Shown: in pieces, positions 1-9,513 of the stretch
How the letters are laid out: each line of letters begins with the position of its first letter
Position numbering within the stretch: the first letter of the stretch is position 1
Origin: an uncultured Clostridia bacterium
Lineage (GTDB): Bacteria; Bacillota; Clostridia; Christensenellales; Borkfalkiaceae
Direction of reading: 5' to 3'
Assembly: GCA_944354125.1 (NCBI GenBank)
Contig: CALVPT010000010.1
Span: forward strand, 11,543 to 75,542
Length of the DNA stretch: 64,000 nucleotides
Program-made: the position numbers and the translations under genes
Notes under the pieces: model-generated
Databases searched by the model: none
Told to the model about the DNA's origin: nothing
The model's input: only the letters and a program-made list of their open reading frames with translations

Positions 1-308
1 GCGTAGTCTCTCATGCGGTCGGCTATTTTTGTCAGCGCAAATTATGGCGCAGGTGTCAGAATGCAAAGAGAAACAGCCTGCATATCAATGCTCAGAAATG
101 CATTGGATGCGGACTATGTGCAAGACAATGCCCCGTCAAAAATATTATCGTGTCGGATGGTAGAGCTCAGCCTTTGGGTAACTGCGTGTTTTGTTACAGG
201 TGCGTGAACAGCTGTCCGAAAAAGGCAATTACGCTGGTCGGCAAAGGTGACCATATAGTGCAGTATAGGGGCATAGAAGGCATTAAAGGGCGATATAAGC
301 AAGAATAG
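1..308 (+). CDS. 4Fe-4S dicluster (ferredoxin-type) domain protein, C-terminal part; 5' end outside the window
   Basis: Not in the ORF track because there is no in-window start codon. Frame 3 is open from base 3 to TAG 306-308. It reads ...INAQKCIGCGLCARQCPVKNIIVSDGRAQPLGNCVFCYRCVNSCPKKAITLVGKG..., which contains two CxxCxxCxxxCP cluster motifs. Confidence 0.7.
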   Translation, partial: VVSHAVGYFCQRKLWRRCQNAKRNSLHINAQKCIGCGLCARQCPVKNIIVSDGRAQPLGNCVFCYRCVNSCPKKAITLVGKGDHIVQYRGIEGIKGRYKQE

Positions 309-703
309 TTGCATTAGTGGTAACAATACGGTATCGCTTAAGTAAGCAATATGATATGTCCAGATAGATAGGTTTGTTTTTATGGATAATTTACTTTAGA
401 ATCTTGTCGGTTTCAAAAAAATTAAAAATTTCACAAAAAATTTATTTTTGAAATTAACGAGGGAATATGTGTATACTAAATAAATTTAAGTGTTTTTTAA
501 CACAATATCGGACTGCGCTTCAAAAAATGCAATTGCCCCTATAATATGGCTTAATGAACGCATGTATATGCGTAAAACGTCAATAAAATAGTTAAAAATG
601 GATGTATAAATTTTCCATTCCGTGTACTGTTTTATCGTAAAAACGATGGCGATATCAACTAAACTTTCACTTTTTTCCCTCCCGTACATATTTGTTCTAA
701 TTA

Positions 704-732
704 TTGACAAATGCTTTCGGTTATCCTATAAT
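704..732 (+). promoter_or_regulatory. sigma-70-type promoter, TTGACA (704-709) - 17 nt - TATAAT (727-732)
   Basis: Both hexamers are perfect consensus with a 17-nt spacer. The site lies about 45 nt upstream of the 779 start codon in an AT-rich intergenic region. Confidence 0.55.
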
Positions 733-778
733 ATAGTACAGATAAATCTTATCCATAATATTATAGGAGGGGGATGCC

Positions 779-1270
779 ATGGGCTGCTTGACGTTCATCG
801 TAATCGTTTTTGCCATCATGTTTCTGATTGCAGGCATTACGGTTTTCAGACGTTACAACATAAGCAGGGATCGCGTATGCGATACTCTCAAGCGCGTCTA
901 TGTCCGCATTTCCCGCTATGCAGGCATAATATTCATCCTCTTTTTGTTGCTTGCATTGAGCTACGAGCAGACTAAAGAGCTCGTAAATAACCTTCTGCCT
1001 GCCCAGAATTTGGAGCAGATAAAGCTCTATATCAAGCTCATATTCAGGTCTGAGTCGGTACTTTCGGCAGTGGAGGCCGTAACTGTCTATTCATTGCTCG
1101 TAAGTTGCTGCTCTGGTCTCGGTGCAATATTCGTAAAGGGCGTGCAGACCTATTTCGAGGATAACGTCATTGCGTTCAGCGATAAACAGGAGCCCAGAGT
1201 TTCGGCGACATCCTGCGAGCAGCGTTTTCCTTTGAAATCATTTCTCGTATATTCGAGATACAATTCATAA
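779..1270 (+). CDS. hypothetical small membrane protein (163 aa)
   Basis: ATG is preceded by an AGGAGGGGG ribosome binding site. Hydrophobic helices are present (IVIVFAIMFLIAGITVF, IIFILFLLLALSY, VYSLLVSCCSGLGAIFV). No family recognised. Confidence 0.5.
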   Translation: MGCLTFIVIVFAIMFLIAGITVFRRYNISRDRVCDTLKRVYVRISRYAGIIFILFLLLALSYEQTKELVNNLLPAQNLEQIKLYIKLIFRSESVLSAVEAVTVYSLLVSCCSGLGAIFVKGVQTYFEDNVIAFSDKQEPRVSATSCEQRFPLKSFLVYSRYNS

Positions 1271-1284
1271 AAATTTAATATTCT

Positions 1285-1311
1285 GCTCACGGCAGCGGTC
1301 GTGAGTTTTTG
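1285..1311 (+). terminator. rho-independent terminator after the 779 gene
   Basis: Stem CTCACG (1286-1291) pairs with CGTGAG (1300-1305), followed by TTTTT. Confidence 0.5.
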
Positions 1312-1448
1312 GCGTATTTGTTATTTCTTGTTGCGGTTTAGTATGTGTTTCGACAGAGATTTACATGATACGCCTTTTTGTATGCTTTTTTGAGATATGA
1401 AGTAACGGACTATCAGTGCGAAAATTTTAGTAGGTAAGAGAGATTTTT

Positions 1449-2312
1449 ATGCAGAACACATTGGAAAAAGAAAAGCTTTCAGCAGAAGAAAATGCTGAAA
1501 CCACAGAGGAAGTCAAGATGCAGAGTGCAGATAATATTTCGGCTGTTGACAATGCTGAAGATGATGCGAATTTGGTTGAGCCGGAAACTGCAGTTTGTGC
1601 CAGCGTTGCCGTGTCAGGTATAGGTGGAACCGACAAAGAATGCGACGATATGGCTGAAATCAGATATGAGTCTCATGCAAAACATGGTTTTAGATATGGC
1701 TGTTATCTGTTTATAAAGAGAACTTTTGATATAGTTTCTTCGGGTTTATTCTTACTTGTATTCAGCTGGCTATATCTCATTCTCGCAATCGTGGTAAAAT
1801 GCAGTGACGGTGGCTCTGTATTTTATAGACACAAGAGGGTCGGGAAAAATGGCAAGACAATTTATATTCCAAAGTTCAGGAGTATGAAAAAGAATGCGGA
1901 TAAGCTTGAGGATATGCTTACTCCTGAGCAGCTTGAGCAGTATAAGAGAGAATATAAGATAGATAACGATCCCAGAATAACCAAGGTTGGCAGCTTCCTT
2001 AGAAAGACTAGCTTGGATGAATTGCCTAATATATGGGCAATATTCAAGGGTGATATATCTGTAATAGGACCCAGACCGCTGATGCAGTCAGAGGTTGAAG
2101 ATAAATATGGCGAAGATGCGGCCAAGCTTTTGTCGGTTAAGCCAGGAATGATAGGTTGGTGGGCGGCAAACGGCAGAAGCAATACCACTTATGAGAGTGG
2201 TGAGCGGCAGAAATTAGAGCTCTATTATGTCGATCATTGTTCGCTGTGGTTGGATATTAAAATTATATTCAAGACAATTTGGAAAGTGATTAAGCGCGAC
2301 GGCGCTAAGTGA
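1449..2312 (+). CDS. initiating undecaprenyl-phosphate sugar-phosphate transferase (bacterial sugar transferase family, WbaP/EpsE C-terminal-domain type)
   Basis: Has one TM helix, then ...GGSVFYRHKRVGKNGKTIYIPKFRSMKKNAD...DPRITKVGSFLRKTSLDELPNIWAIFKGDISVIGPRP..., the hallmark of PF02397 enzymes. The first roughly 70 aa are an acidic low-complexity extension, so the start is uncertain. Confidence 0.9.
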   Translation: MQNTLEKEKLSAEENAETTEEVKMQSADNISAVDNAEDDANLVEPETAVCASVAVSGIGGTDKECDDMAEIRYESHAKHGFRYGCYLFIKRTFDIVSSGLFLLVFSWLYLILAIVVKCSDGGSVFYRHKRVGKNGKTIYIPKFRSMKKNADKLEDMLTPEQLEQYKREYKIDNDPRITKVGSFLRKTSLDELPNIWAIFKGDISVIGPRPLMQSEVEDKYGEDAAKLLSVKPGMIGWWAANGRSNTTYESGERQKLELYYVDHCSLWLDIKIIFKTIWKVIKRDGAK

Positions 2313-2337
2313 TTAAAAACAAAAGGAAAACTAAAGT

Positions 2338-3351
2338 ATGATTATTACTAAAACACCCTTTCGTATGTCATTTTTTGGCGGTGGAACAGATATGCCGTCG
2401 TATTTCAATGAACATGGCGGTGCGGTTATATCTACTTCGTTCGATAAGTATGTCTATGTGACAGTAAGACATCTGCCTAGATTTTTTGATTATACTACCG
2501 AAGTTATATATTCTAAGTCGGAGCGTGTTCGTAGTATAGATGAAATCGAGCATCCTATGGTCAGGAATGCAATTAAAATGCTCGATATGAAAGAACTTCA
2601 TATTGCATATGATGCTGATCTGCCTGCAAGGACGGGATTAGGTACATCGAGTACGTTTGCCGTGGGACTTTTGAATGCTTTTTATTGTCTAAAAGGCAAA
2701 TATGCTTCTAAGAAACAGTTGGCAAATGATGCGATATATTTAGAAAGGACGCTTTGTAATGAAGCTGGCGGTTGGCAGGATCAGATAGCGGCGGCTTTTG
2801 GCGGGTTGAATCGTATAGATTTCAAGGATAACAGGTATCACGTAAATCCTATAATAATATCACCCGAAAGGAAGAAATGTCTCAATGATAATCTGATGCT
2901 GTTCTTCACAGGATTTACAAGATTTTCTGCTGAAATTCAGAAGTCGACAAAAGTCACTATGCAAGATAAACTTAATCAGCTTGCAGAGATGTATAGCCTC
3001 GTAGACGAAGCGCAGGATGTTCTTGAAAATAAAAACAGGGATATCGACGATTTTGGAAGGTTGCTTGATCAGACCTGGAAACTTAAGCGTCAGACCGGTA
3101 GTAAGATTTCTACAGGTTCAATTGATGAACTATATGATAAAGGTATTAAAGCGGGTGCCCTTGGCGGTAAACTTCTCGGCGCTGGCGGTGGCGGATTCTT
3201 ACTATTCTACGTGCAGCCCGATAAGCAGGAAAGCGTACGCAGTGTCTTCTCCAATCTTATGGAGGTTCCCTTCGAGTTTGAGAACAGTGGCACTAGGGTA
3301 ATTTATTACTCGCCAGAATTTTTTGATGTCAATGAGAGCAGAGAGAAATAA
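2338..3351 (+). CDS. hddA: D-glycero-alpha-D-manno-heptose 7-phosphate kinase (GHMP kinase)
   Basis: N-terminus is MIITKTPFRMSFFGGGTDMPSYF. A GHMP motif PARTGLGTSSTFAVG and a C-terminal GAGGGGFLLFY are present. The gene lies next to gmhA/gmhB/hddC-type genes. Confidence 0.85.
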   Translation: MIITKTPFRMSFFGGGTDMPSYFNEHGGAVISTSFDKYVYVTVRHLPRFFDYTTEVIYSKSERVRSIDEIEHPMVRNAIKMLDMKELHIAYDADLPARTGLGTSSTFAVGLLNAFYCLKGKYASKKQLANDAIYLERTLCNEAGGWQDQIAAAFGGLNRIDFKDNRYHVNPIIISPERKKCLNDNLMLFFTGFTRFSAEIQKSTKVTMQDKLNQLAEMYSLVDEAQDVLENKNRDIDDFGRLLDQTWKLKRQTGSKISTGSIDELYDKGIKAGALGGKLLGAGGGGFLLFYVQPDKQESVRSVFSNLMEVPFEFENSGTRVIYYSPEFFDVNESREK

Positions 3352-3354
3352 ATT

Positions 3355-4650
3355 ATGAAAGCTGTAATCATGGCTGGTGGCAAGGGTACTAGGATATCGT
3401 CGATCGCCAGTGATATACCTAAACCTATGATAAAGATTGAAGGGATACCTGTTCTCGAAAGAGAAATTGAGTGCCTTAGAACTCAAGGATTTATCGACAT
3501 TATAATTACTGTCAGTCATCTTGGAAATATAATAATGGATTATTTCGGGGACGGCAGTAAAATTTCTCCTGTCACAGGTAAGCCTTTGGGTGTAAAGATT
3601 GAATATTATTTCGAAGAGCAGCCTTTAGGTAATGCCGGTGCGCTATTTAAAATTAGGGATAAACTGACGGACGATTTTCTTCTTTTAAATGCAGATTCGT
3701 TATTTGACATAGATTTCAACAGATTTGTAGCATATCATAGGTCGAAAGGCGGGTTGGTGACGCTCTTTACTCATCCGAACAGCCACCCGTATGACAGCGG
3801 CTTAATAATTGCTGACGATAATGGTGCTGTTGTAAAATGGTTGGCAAAAGAAGATGTCAGACCTAAATACTACAGAAACAGAGTGAATGCAGGACTTCAT
3901 ATTATTTCGCCTGAGCTTCTCGAGAGGAAGATAGACACCCCCAAAATTGATTTAGACAGGCAGATTTTAAAACCTTTGGCTAATACAGGCAAGATGTTTG
4001 TCTATGACTCACCCGAATACGTTAAAGATATGGGGACTCCGGACAGGTTCTATGCTGTCAGTGAAGATGTAAAAAGCGGTAAAGTTTCAGCAAGAAATCT
4101 CAGATATAAACAAAGGGCAATATTTTTGGATCGTGATGGGACAATAAATAAGTATGTCGGATTCCTTAGGAATATTGATGATTTTGAACTTGAAGATGAT
4201 GTAGTTGATGCTATAAAGTTGATAAATAATAGCGGCTATCTTGCTATTGTGGTTACTAACCAGCCGGTTATCGCTCGCGGAGAAGTCAGTCTCAAGGAAC
4301 TTCAAGAGATTCATAATAAAATGGAGACTTTGCTAGGACTTGATGGAGCCTATCTTGATGCTATTTATTTCTGTCCACATCATCCACATAAGGGATATGA
4401 AGGGGAACGCCCGGAATATAAGATTGAATGTCAGTGCCGAAAACCTAAACCTGGGATGCTTATGAAAGCGGCAAAAGATTTTAACATTGATCTTTCGGCT
4501 TCATGGATGATAGGCGACGGAGAAACTGATGTGCAGTGCGGAAAGAATGGCGGATGTCATACCGCTGCCATAAAAGGTGATTTCGGTGCTGATTTAATGG
4601 GAAATAATTTGTACGAATGCGTAAGTAAAATTTTAGCGAGAGAATATTAA
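3355..4650 (+). CDS. hddC/gmhB: bifunctional fusion: heptose-1-phosphate nucleotidyl(guanylyl)transferase (HddC-like) N-terminal domain plus D,D-heptose 1,7-bisphosphate phosphatase (GmhB, HAD-IIIA) C-terminal domain
   Basis: N-terminal half has MKAVIMAGGKGTRISS...PKPM (NTP-transferase G-loop). C-terminal half has AIFLDRDGTIN...VVTNQPVIARG...CPHHPH...CQCRKPKPGM...GDGETD (HAD motifs plus the Zn-binding Cys/His loop typical of GmhB). Confidence 0.85.
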   Translation: MKAVIMAGGKGTRISSIASDIPKPMIKIEGIPVLEREIECLRTQGFIDIIITVSHLGNIIMDYFGDGSKISPVTGKPLGVKIEYYFEEQPLGNAGALFKIRDKLTDDFLLLNADSLFDIDFNRFVAYHRSKGGLVTLFTHPNSHPYDSGLIIADDNGAVVKWLAKEDVRPKYYRNRVNAGLHIISPELLERKIDTPKIDLDRQILKPLANTGKMFVYDSPEYVKDMGTPDRFYAVSEDVKSGKVSARNLRYKQRAIFLDRDGTINKYVGFLRNIDDFELEDDVVDAIKLINNSGYLAIVVTNQPVIARGEVSLKELQEIHNKMETLLGLDGAYLDAIYFCPHHPHKGYEGERPEYKIECQCRKPKPGMLMKAAKDFNIDLSASWMIGDGETDVQCGKNGGCHTAAIKGDFGADLMGNNLYECVSKILAREY

Positions 4651-4653
4651 GTT

Positions 4654-5307
4654 ATGGAACAAAAATTATTAAAACATGTTGATTTATTGATAAAGCGTTA
4701 TCCTTGTTTAAGCGCTTGCAAAAATGATATTATAGAAGCCTATGAAGTTCTAGAAAAGTGTTATTTGGATGGAAATAAGCTTTTGATTGCCGGTAACGGA
4801 GGAAGTTGTGCGGACAGCGAACACATAGTCGGCGAACTTATGAAGGGGTTTAAGCTTCCTCGTAAGTGCTCTGCCGAATATGCCGAAAGGCTAAAGGCAA
4901 TTGATCCCGTCAGGGGAGAGGAACTTGCCAACAGATTGCAGGGAGGACTTCCTTCAATAGCGCTTGATGGCCATCAAGGATTGAATACAGCTTATATAAA
5001 CGACGTGGAAAATGGCGGACTTCTGATGTATGCTCAGCAGGTCAATGGGTACGGTAAAGGAGGGGATGTCTTTTTAGGTATCTCTACTTCAGGTAATTCT
5101 AAAAATGTAATGTATGCAACAGTCGTAGCGCACGCTAAGGGTATGAAGGTCATAGGATTGACTGGTGCTAAGGGCGGAGAACTTGCGAAAGTTGCCGACG
5201 TTGCAATAAAAGTTCCTGAGACTGAGACATATATGATACAGGAATTACATCTTCCTGTATATCATACGCTTTGTTTAATGCTTGAAGATAAGTTTTTTGG
5301 AGAGTAA
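4654..5307 (+). CDS. gmhA: sedoheptulose 7-phosphate isomerase (phosphoheptose isomerase, SIS domain)
   Basis: Motifs LIAGNGGSCADSEHIVGEL and GISTSGNSKNV are present. Size is 217 aa and the gene sits in a heptose context. Confidence 0.85.
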   Translation: MEQKLLKHVDLLIKRYPCLSACKNDIIEAYEVLEKCYLDGNKLLIAGNGGSCADSEHIVGELMKGFKLPRKCSAEYAERLKAIDPVRGEELANRLQGGLPSIALDGHQGLNTAYINDVENGGLLMYAQQVNGYGKGGDVFLGISTSGNSKNVMYATVVAHAKGMKVIGLTGAKGGELAKVADVAIKVPETETYMIQELHLPVYHTLCLMLEDKFFGE

Positions 5308-5314
5308 TTGCTGA

Positions 5315-6442
5315 ATGAAAATATTACAAATTAGTAATTATTATCCTCCTCATATTGGCGGAATTGAGAGTACTGCACATGATATCGCTACGGCAATTAA
5401 AGATACTGATAACGAGCAGAGAGTTTTTTGTTTTAATCACGAGCAGGGGGATAAGATTGATGAGGTTGACGGCGTAAAAGTTGTAAGAGCTGGATGCTTT
5501 GCAAAGGTCGCATCTCAGTCGCTGTCTTTGTCTTATGGAAAACTTTTGAAAAAAACGTTTAAAGATTTTACGCCGAATATCGTTATATTTCATTATCCTA
5601 ATCCTTTTGGTGCAAGATATTTAATAAAAGTTTTAAGGAAATATCCAAATTGTAAACTTGTAATGTATTGGCATTTGGATATAACCAAACAAAAATTGCT
5701 GGGTAAACTTTTTGAGGGACAAAACAAGTGGCTTTTAAATCGTGCGATAGCTGTAGTGGCGACAAGTCCTAATTATATTGCAGGAAGCAAGTGGCTTCAA
5801 ATGGTGAAGGAAAAATGTGTGGTTATTCCAAGCTGTGCAAAGAGCGCATTACTGCCTCTAAGTGAGAAAGAGTTAAAAATCAGTTCGAATATTAGAAAAG
5901 AGTTTAGCAATAAAATTATTTGTTTTGCATTAGGACGTCATGTAAAATATAAAGGTATGGAGTATTTAGTACATGCAAGTAGATTTTTAGACGATAAATT
6001 TGTTGTTTTGATAGGAGGGCAAGGGCCTTTAACGGAAGAGTTAAAAAATATGGCTGCTGAAGATAAAAAAATTTACTTTCTTGGAGTTGTGTCCGATTCT
6101 GAAGTAAGGGCATATATGCATGCGTGTGATATTTTTTGTTTTCCTTCTGTAACTAAAAATGAGGCTTTTGGTCTTGCGCTAGCAGAGGCTATGGCGTTCG
6201 GTAAGCCTGCTGTGACCTTTACGATTGAAGGGTCCGGAGTCAATTATGTATCTCTTAATGGGGTTACAGGAATTGAGGTTGAAAACAGAAATGTACAAGC
6301 ATATGCAGATGCGATAATAAAACTGGCGGACGAAAAGGCTCTTAGAGAACAATATGGGGACGCTGCTAGACGGCGAGTTTTAGATAATTTTACAACTAAT
6401 AAATTTAAATCAAATTTAATTAATTTATTAAAAAAATTATAA
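5315..6442 (+). CDS. glycosyltransferase, GT4 family (GT-B fold)
   Basis: N-terminus is MKILQISNYYPPHIGGIE. The C-terminal E-x7-E region is NEAFGLALAEAMAFGKPAV. Confidence 0.85.
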   Translation: MKILQISNYYPPHIGGIESTAHDIATAIKDTDNEQRVFCFNHEQGDKIDEVDGVKVVRAGCFAKVASQSLSLSYGKLLKKTFKDFTPNIVIFHYPNPFGARYLIKVLRKYPNCKLVMYWHLDITKQKLLGKLFEGQNKWLLNRAIAVVATSPNYIAGSKWLQMVKEKCVVIPSCAKSALLPLSEKELKISSNIRKEFSNKIICFALGRHVKYKGMEYLVHASRFLDDKFVVLIGGQGPLTEELKNMAAEDKKIYFLGVVSDSEVRAYMHACDIFCFPSVTKNEAFGLALAEAMAFGKPAVTFTIEGSGVNYVSLNGVTGIEVENRNVQAYADAIIKLADEKALREQYGDAARRRVLDNFTTNKFKSNLINLLKKL

Positions 6443-6459
6443 TTAGTAAGAGGTAATTT

Positions 6460-7503
6460 ATGAAAAAGGCTTTAATTACAGGAATCACAGGACAAGACGG
6501 ATCATACCTTGCGGAGTTTCTGCTTGAGAAAGGCTATGAAGTACATGGAATGATTCGTCGAGCATCAGTTTCTACTACGCAAAGAATAGATCATTTGCTT
6601 GCAACTAACTCAATTATATTGCATGAAGGCGACCTCAGCGATTCAACAAGTATTATTCGTATAATAAGGGGTGTAGAACCCGACGAGATTTATAACTTGG
6701 CAGCACAGTCGCATGTGCAGATAAGTTTTGATGCGTGTGAATATACAGGCGATGTTGATGCGCTAGGTGTTTTGCGAATTTTGGAAGCTGTTCATATGCT
6801 TGGACTTGAAAAGAAGACTAAGATATATCAGGCGTCTACCTCGGAACTTTACGGCAAGGTTGAAGAATGTCCTCAGAATGAAAAGACTCCTTTCCATCCG
6901 TATTCCCCTTATGCAGTTGCAAAGCAGTATGGCTTTTGGATGGTAAAGGAATATCGTGAGGCATATGGCATGTTTGCATGTAACGGCATACTTTTCAATC
7001 ACGAATCAGAGAGACGTGGAGATAATTTTGTTACAAGGAAAATTACTCTAGCTGCTGGCCGAATTGCGTGTGGTCTTCAGGACCATTTAGAACTTGGTAA
7101 TCTTGATTCTCTTCGTGATTGGGGTTATGCTAAAGATTATGTTGAATGTATGTGGATGATTCTTCAGCATAGTGAGCCTGATGATTTTGTTATTGCAACT
7201 GGCGTTCAGCATACTGTGCGGGAGTTTACAACATTGGCCTTTAAATATGTCGGTATAGACCTTGAATGGAGAGGTCATGGTATTGATGAAAAAGGTTATG
7301 ATAAGAAGACGGGTAAAATGCTTGTTTGTGTTAATAAAGCGTGGTTCAGACCTACTGATGTCGTTAATCTTTGGGGTGATCCTACAAAAGCAAAGACCGT
7401 ACTTGGCTGGAATCCTCAGAAAACGAGTTATGAGGAGTTGTGTCGAATTATGGCAGAACATGATCTTGAACTTGCAAAAAAAGAATTGCTTTTAAAGAAA
7501 TAA
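6460..7503 (+). CDS. gmd: GDP-mannose 4,6-dehydratase family (could equally act on GDP-manno-heptose, DmhA-like)
   Basis: N-terminus is [34 protein letters not shown]. Also STSELYG, YAVAKQY and [11 protein letters not shown]. This is a classic Gmd signature. Confidence 0.9.
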   Translation: MKKALITGITGQDGSYLAEFLLEKGYEVHGMIRRASVSTTQRIDHLLATNSIILHEGDLSDSTSIIRIIRGVEPDEIYNLAAQSHVQISFDACEYTGDVDALGVLRILEAVHMLGLEKKTKIYQASTSELYGKVEECPQNEKTPFHPYSPYAVAKQYGFWMVKEYREAYGMFACNGILFNHESERRGDNFVTRKITLAAGRIACGLQDHLELGNLDSLRDWGYAKDYVECMWMILQHSEPDDFVIATGVQHTVREFTTLAFKYVGIDLEWRGHGIDEKGYDKKTGKMLVCVNKAWFRPTDVVNLWGDPTKAKTVLGWNPQKTSYEELCRIMAEHDLELAKKELLLKK

Positions 7504-7504
7504 A

Positions 7505-8431
7505 ATGAAAGCTTTGATTATAGGGGCGGCAGGATTTGTCGGAGAGTATCTTATACACGCCTTACAAAATGTAGGGTATGAGGTGTTTGCAACAAAGTTA
7601 AAACATGAAACGTTAAACATTGGCGAGGTTTCAGTTTTAGATTTGGATATCACTGATTTTTTGCAGACTAAAGAAGTATTGACTACTGTGATGCCTGATG
7701 TTGTTTTCCACTTAGCTGCTCAAAGTTCGGTGAAATTATCTTGGGAACGTCCACAACTGACAGCTAATATCAACATTGTAGGAGCAATTAATGTTTTAGA
7801 AGCAGTGAGAGTAGCATCGAAAAATATTAGGATATTGCTTATAGGTTCAAGTGAAGAATATGGCGCAATAGATTATACTCAAGCAGTAAGAGAGGATTTT
7901 ATACCGGTACCTAAGAATATTTATGCTTTGACAAAACATGCTCAGGAACAGCTTGCTGAAATTTATAATAAAGCGTATGGCTTGGATGTTGTAATGACAA
8001 GGTCTTTTAATCATATCGGACCTAAGCAGGCGCATCAATTTGTGGTTGCTGATTTTTGTCATCAGGTTGCTTTAATTGAAAAGGGGTTACAGGACCCTAT
8101 TATTCGTGTAGGTAATTTGGCGGCATATCGCGATTTTACAGATGTTAGGGATGTTGTGACAGCTTATATTACTCTTGTGGAAAAGGGCGAATGTGGTGAA
8201 ATTTATAATGTGGGTAGCGGGGTTCCAATTCAGATAAAAACTATTTTGGATATAATATTATCTATTTCAAATAAGCAAATAGATGTGGTTGTGGATCCAA
8301 GTAAATTTCGACCGATAGACATTCCTTATATTTATGCAGATGTTACTAAATTAAAGAAACTTGGTTGGGAACCTAAATATTCAATAAGAAATTCAATAGA
8401 AGAAATTTTAAGTTACGAAAGGGATAGATGA
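7505..8431 (+). CDS. rmd: GDP-4-keto-6-deoxy-D-mannose reductase family (Rmd/DmhB-like SDR)
   Basis: Motifs GAAGFVG, GSSEEYG, YALTKHA, FNHIGPKQAHQFVVADF and VGNLAAYRDFTDVRDVV are recalled from Rmd-type reductases. The gene starts 1 nt after the gmd stop. Confidence 0.75.
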   Translation: MKALIIGAAGFVGEYLIHALQNVGYEVFATKLKHETLNIGEVSVLDLDITDFLQTKEVLTTVMPDVVFHLAAQSSVKLSWERPQLTANINIVGAINVLEAVRVASKNIRILLIGSSEEYGAIDYTQAVREDFIPVPKNIYALTKHAQEQLAEIYNKAYGLDVVMTRSFNHIGPKQAHQFVVADFCHQVALIEKGLQDPIIRVGNLAAYRDFTDVRDVVTAYITLVEKGECGEIYNVGSGVPIQIKTILDIILSISNKQIDVVVDPSKFRPIDIPYIYADVTKLKKLGWEPKYSIRNSIEEILSYERDR

Positions 8432-9504
8432 TAATGTCTTCTAAAGTTTACGGAATTATTATGGCTGGAGGTGGCGGAACGAGATTCTGGCCCCTTTCAA
8501 GAAAACAGACACCTAAGCAGCTTCTCAATCTGAGCGGACACGATATAATGGTCAACGAGGCGGCTTCGAGACTTGCTCAGGTCACTTCATACGACAATAT
8601 TTATATCGTCACGAATCATACTCAGACGCCGAAGATGCGCGAGGTAACGCAGAAAAACATTAAGCCTGAGCATATTCTTTCCGAACCGTCCGCAAGAAAT
8701 ACTGCGGCTTGTATCGGATATGCTGCAATGAAAATTTTAAAGACCTGCGGAGATGGTATCCTTGTGATAACTCCTTCGGATGCATATATAAGGGATGAAA
8801 AAGAGTTCGCTCGCATTCTTGAAATTGCAGTAAATGCCGCAAGCAGTACAAATAAGCTTGTCACCGTAGGCATTACGCCGACGTTCCCTGCTACAGGATA
8901 TGGCTATATTCGCATGGGACAGGCTGACGGCGATTACAAGCCCGTGCTCAAGTTCGTGGAAAAGCCTGATCTCGAGCGTGCTAAGCAATATCTTGCGAGT
9001 GGCGAATACGTATGGAATAGTGGAATGTTCGTCTGGAAGGCAAGCGTCATACTTGAAAAGTTCAAGGAGCTCCTTCCCGATATCTATGCGGATCTTGAAA
9101 AGATAGCATCTTCTTTCGGTACGCAAGAGGAAGAGAAAGTATTGTTCGACGTGTATCCCAAGATAAGGTCGATTTCAATAGACTACGGCATACTTGAACA
9201 TTGCGACGATATCCTCGTTGTGCCCGGCGAATTCGGATGGAATGACGTCGGTAGCTGGGATATGATGAATGTGCTTCATCCTGAAGATAATGACGGTAAC
9301 ATTCAGCTTGGCGATACGCTGCTCATTGACTGTAAAGATACTACGGCATATTCAAGCGGAAGACTGGTGGCGGCTGTAGGAGTAAGCGGATTGGTTGTGG
9401 TTGAAACCCCGGACGCCGTTCTGATATGCCCTAAGGACAAGGCACAGGACGTTAAGAAGATAGTTGATGCTCTTAAAGAGAAGGGCAGAGCAGATTTGTT
9501 TTGA
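8428..9504 (+). CDS. manC: mannose-1-phosphate guanylyltransferase (nucleotidyltransferase-only form)
   Basis: Canonical loop IIMAGGGGTRFWPLSRKQTPKQLL is present. There is a 4-nt overlap with the upstream gene. Confidence 0.85.
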   Translation: MIMSSKVYGIIMAGGGGTRFWPLSRKQTPKQLLNLSGHDIMVNEAASRLAQVTSYDNIYIVTNHTQTPKMREVTQKNIKPEHILSEPSARNTAACIGYAAMKILKTCGDGILVITPSDAYIRDEKEFARILEIAVNAASSTNKLVTVGITPTFPATGYGYIRMGQADGDYKPVLKFVEKPDLERAKQYLASGEYVWNSGMFVWKASVILEKFKELLPDIYADLEKIASSFGTQEEEKVLFDVYPKIRSISIDYGILEHCDDILVVPGEFGWNDVGSWDMMNVLHPEDNDGNIQLGDTLLIDCKDTTAYSSGRLVAAVGVSGLVVVETPDAVLICPKDKAQDVKKIVDALKEKGRADLF

Positions 9505-9513
9505 GGAGAATAT

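Noticed and set aside
622-975. 117-aa ORF overlapping the promoter and 5' part of the 779 gene; also 486-710 on the minus strand
   Set aside because: They span the AT-rich intergenic region and the consensus promoter, have no ribosome binding site, and are out of frame with the better-supported 779-1270 gene.
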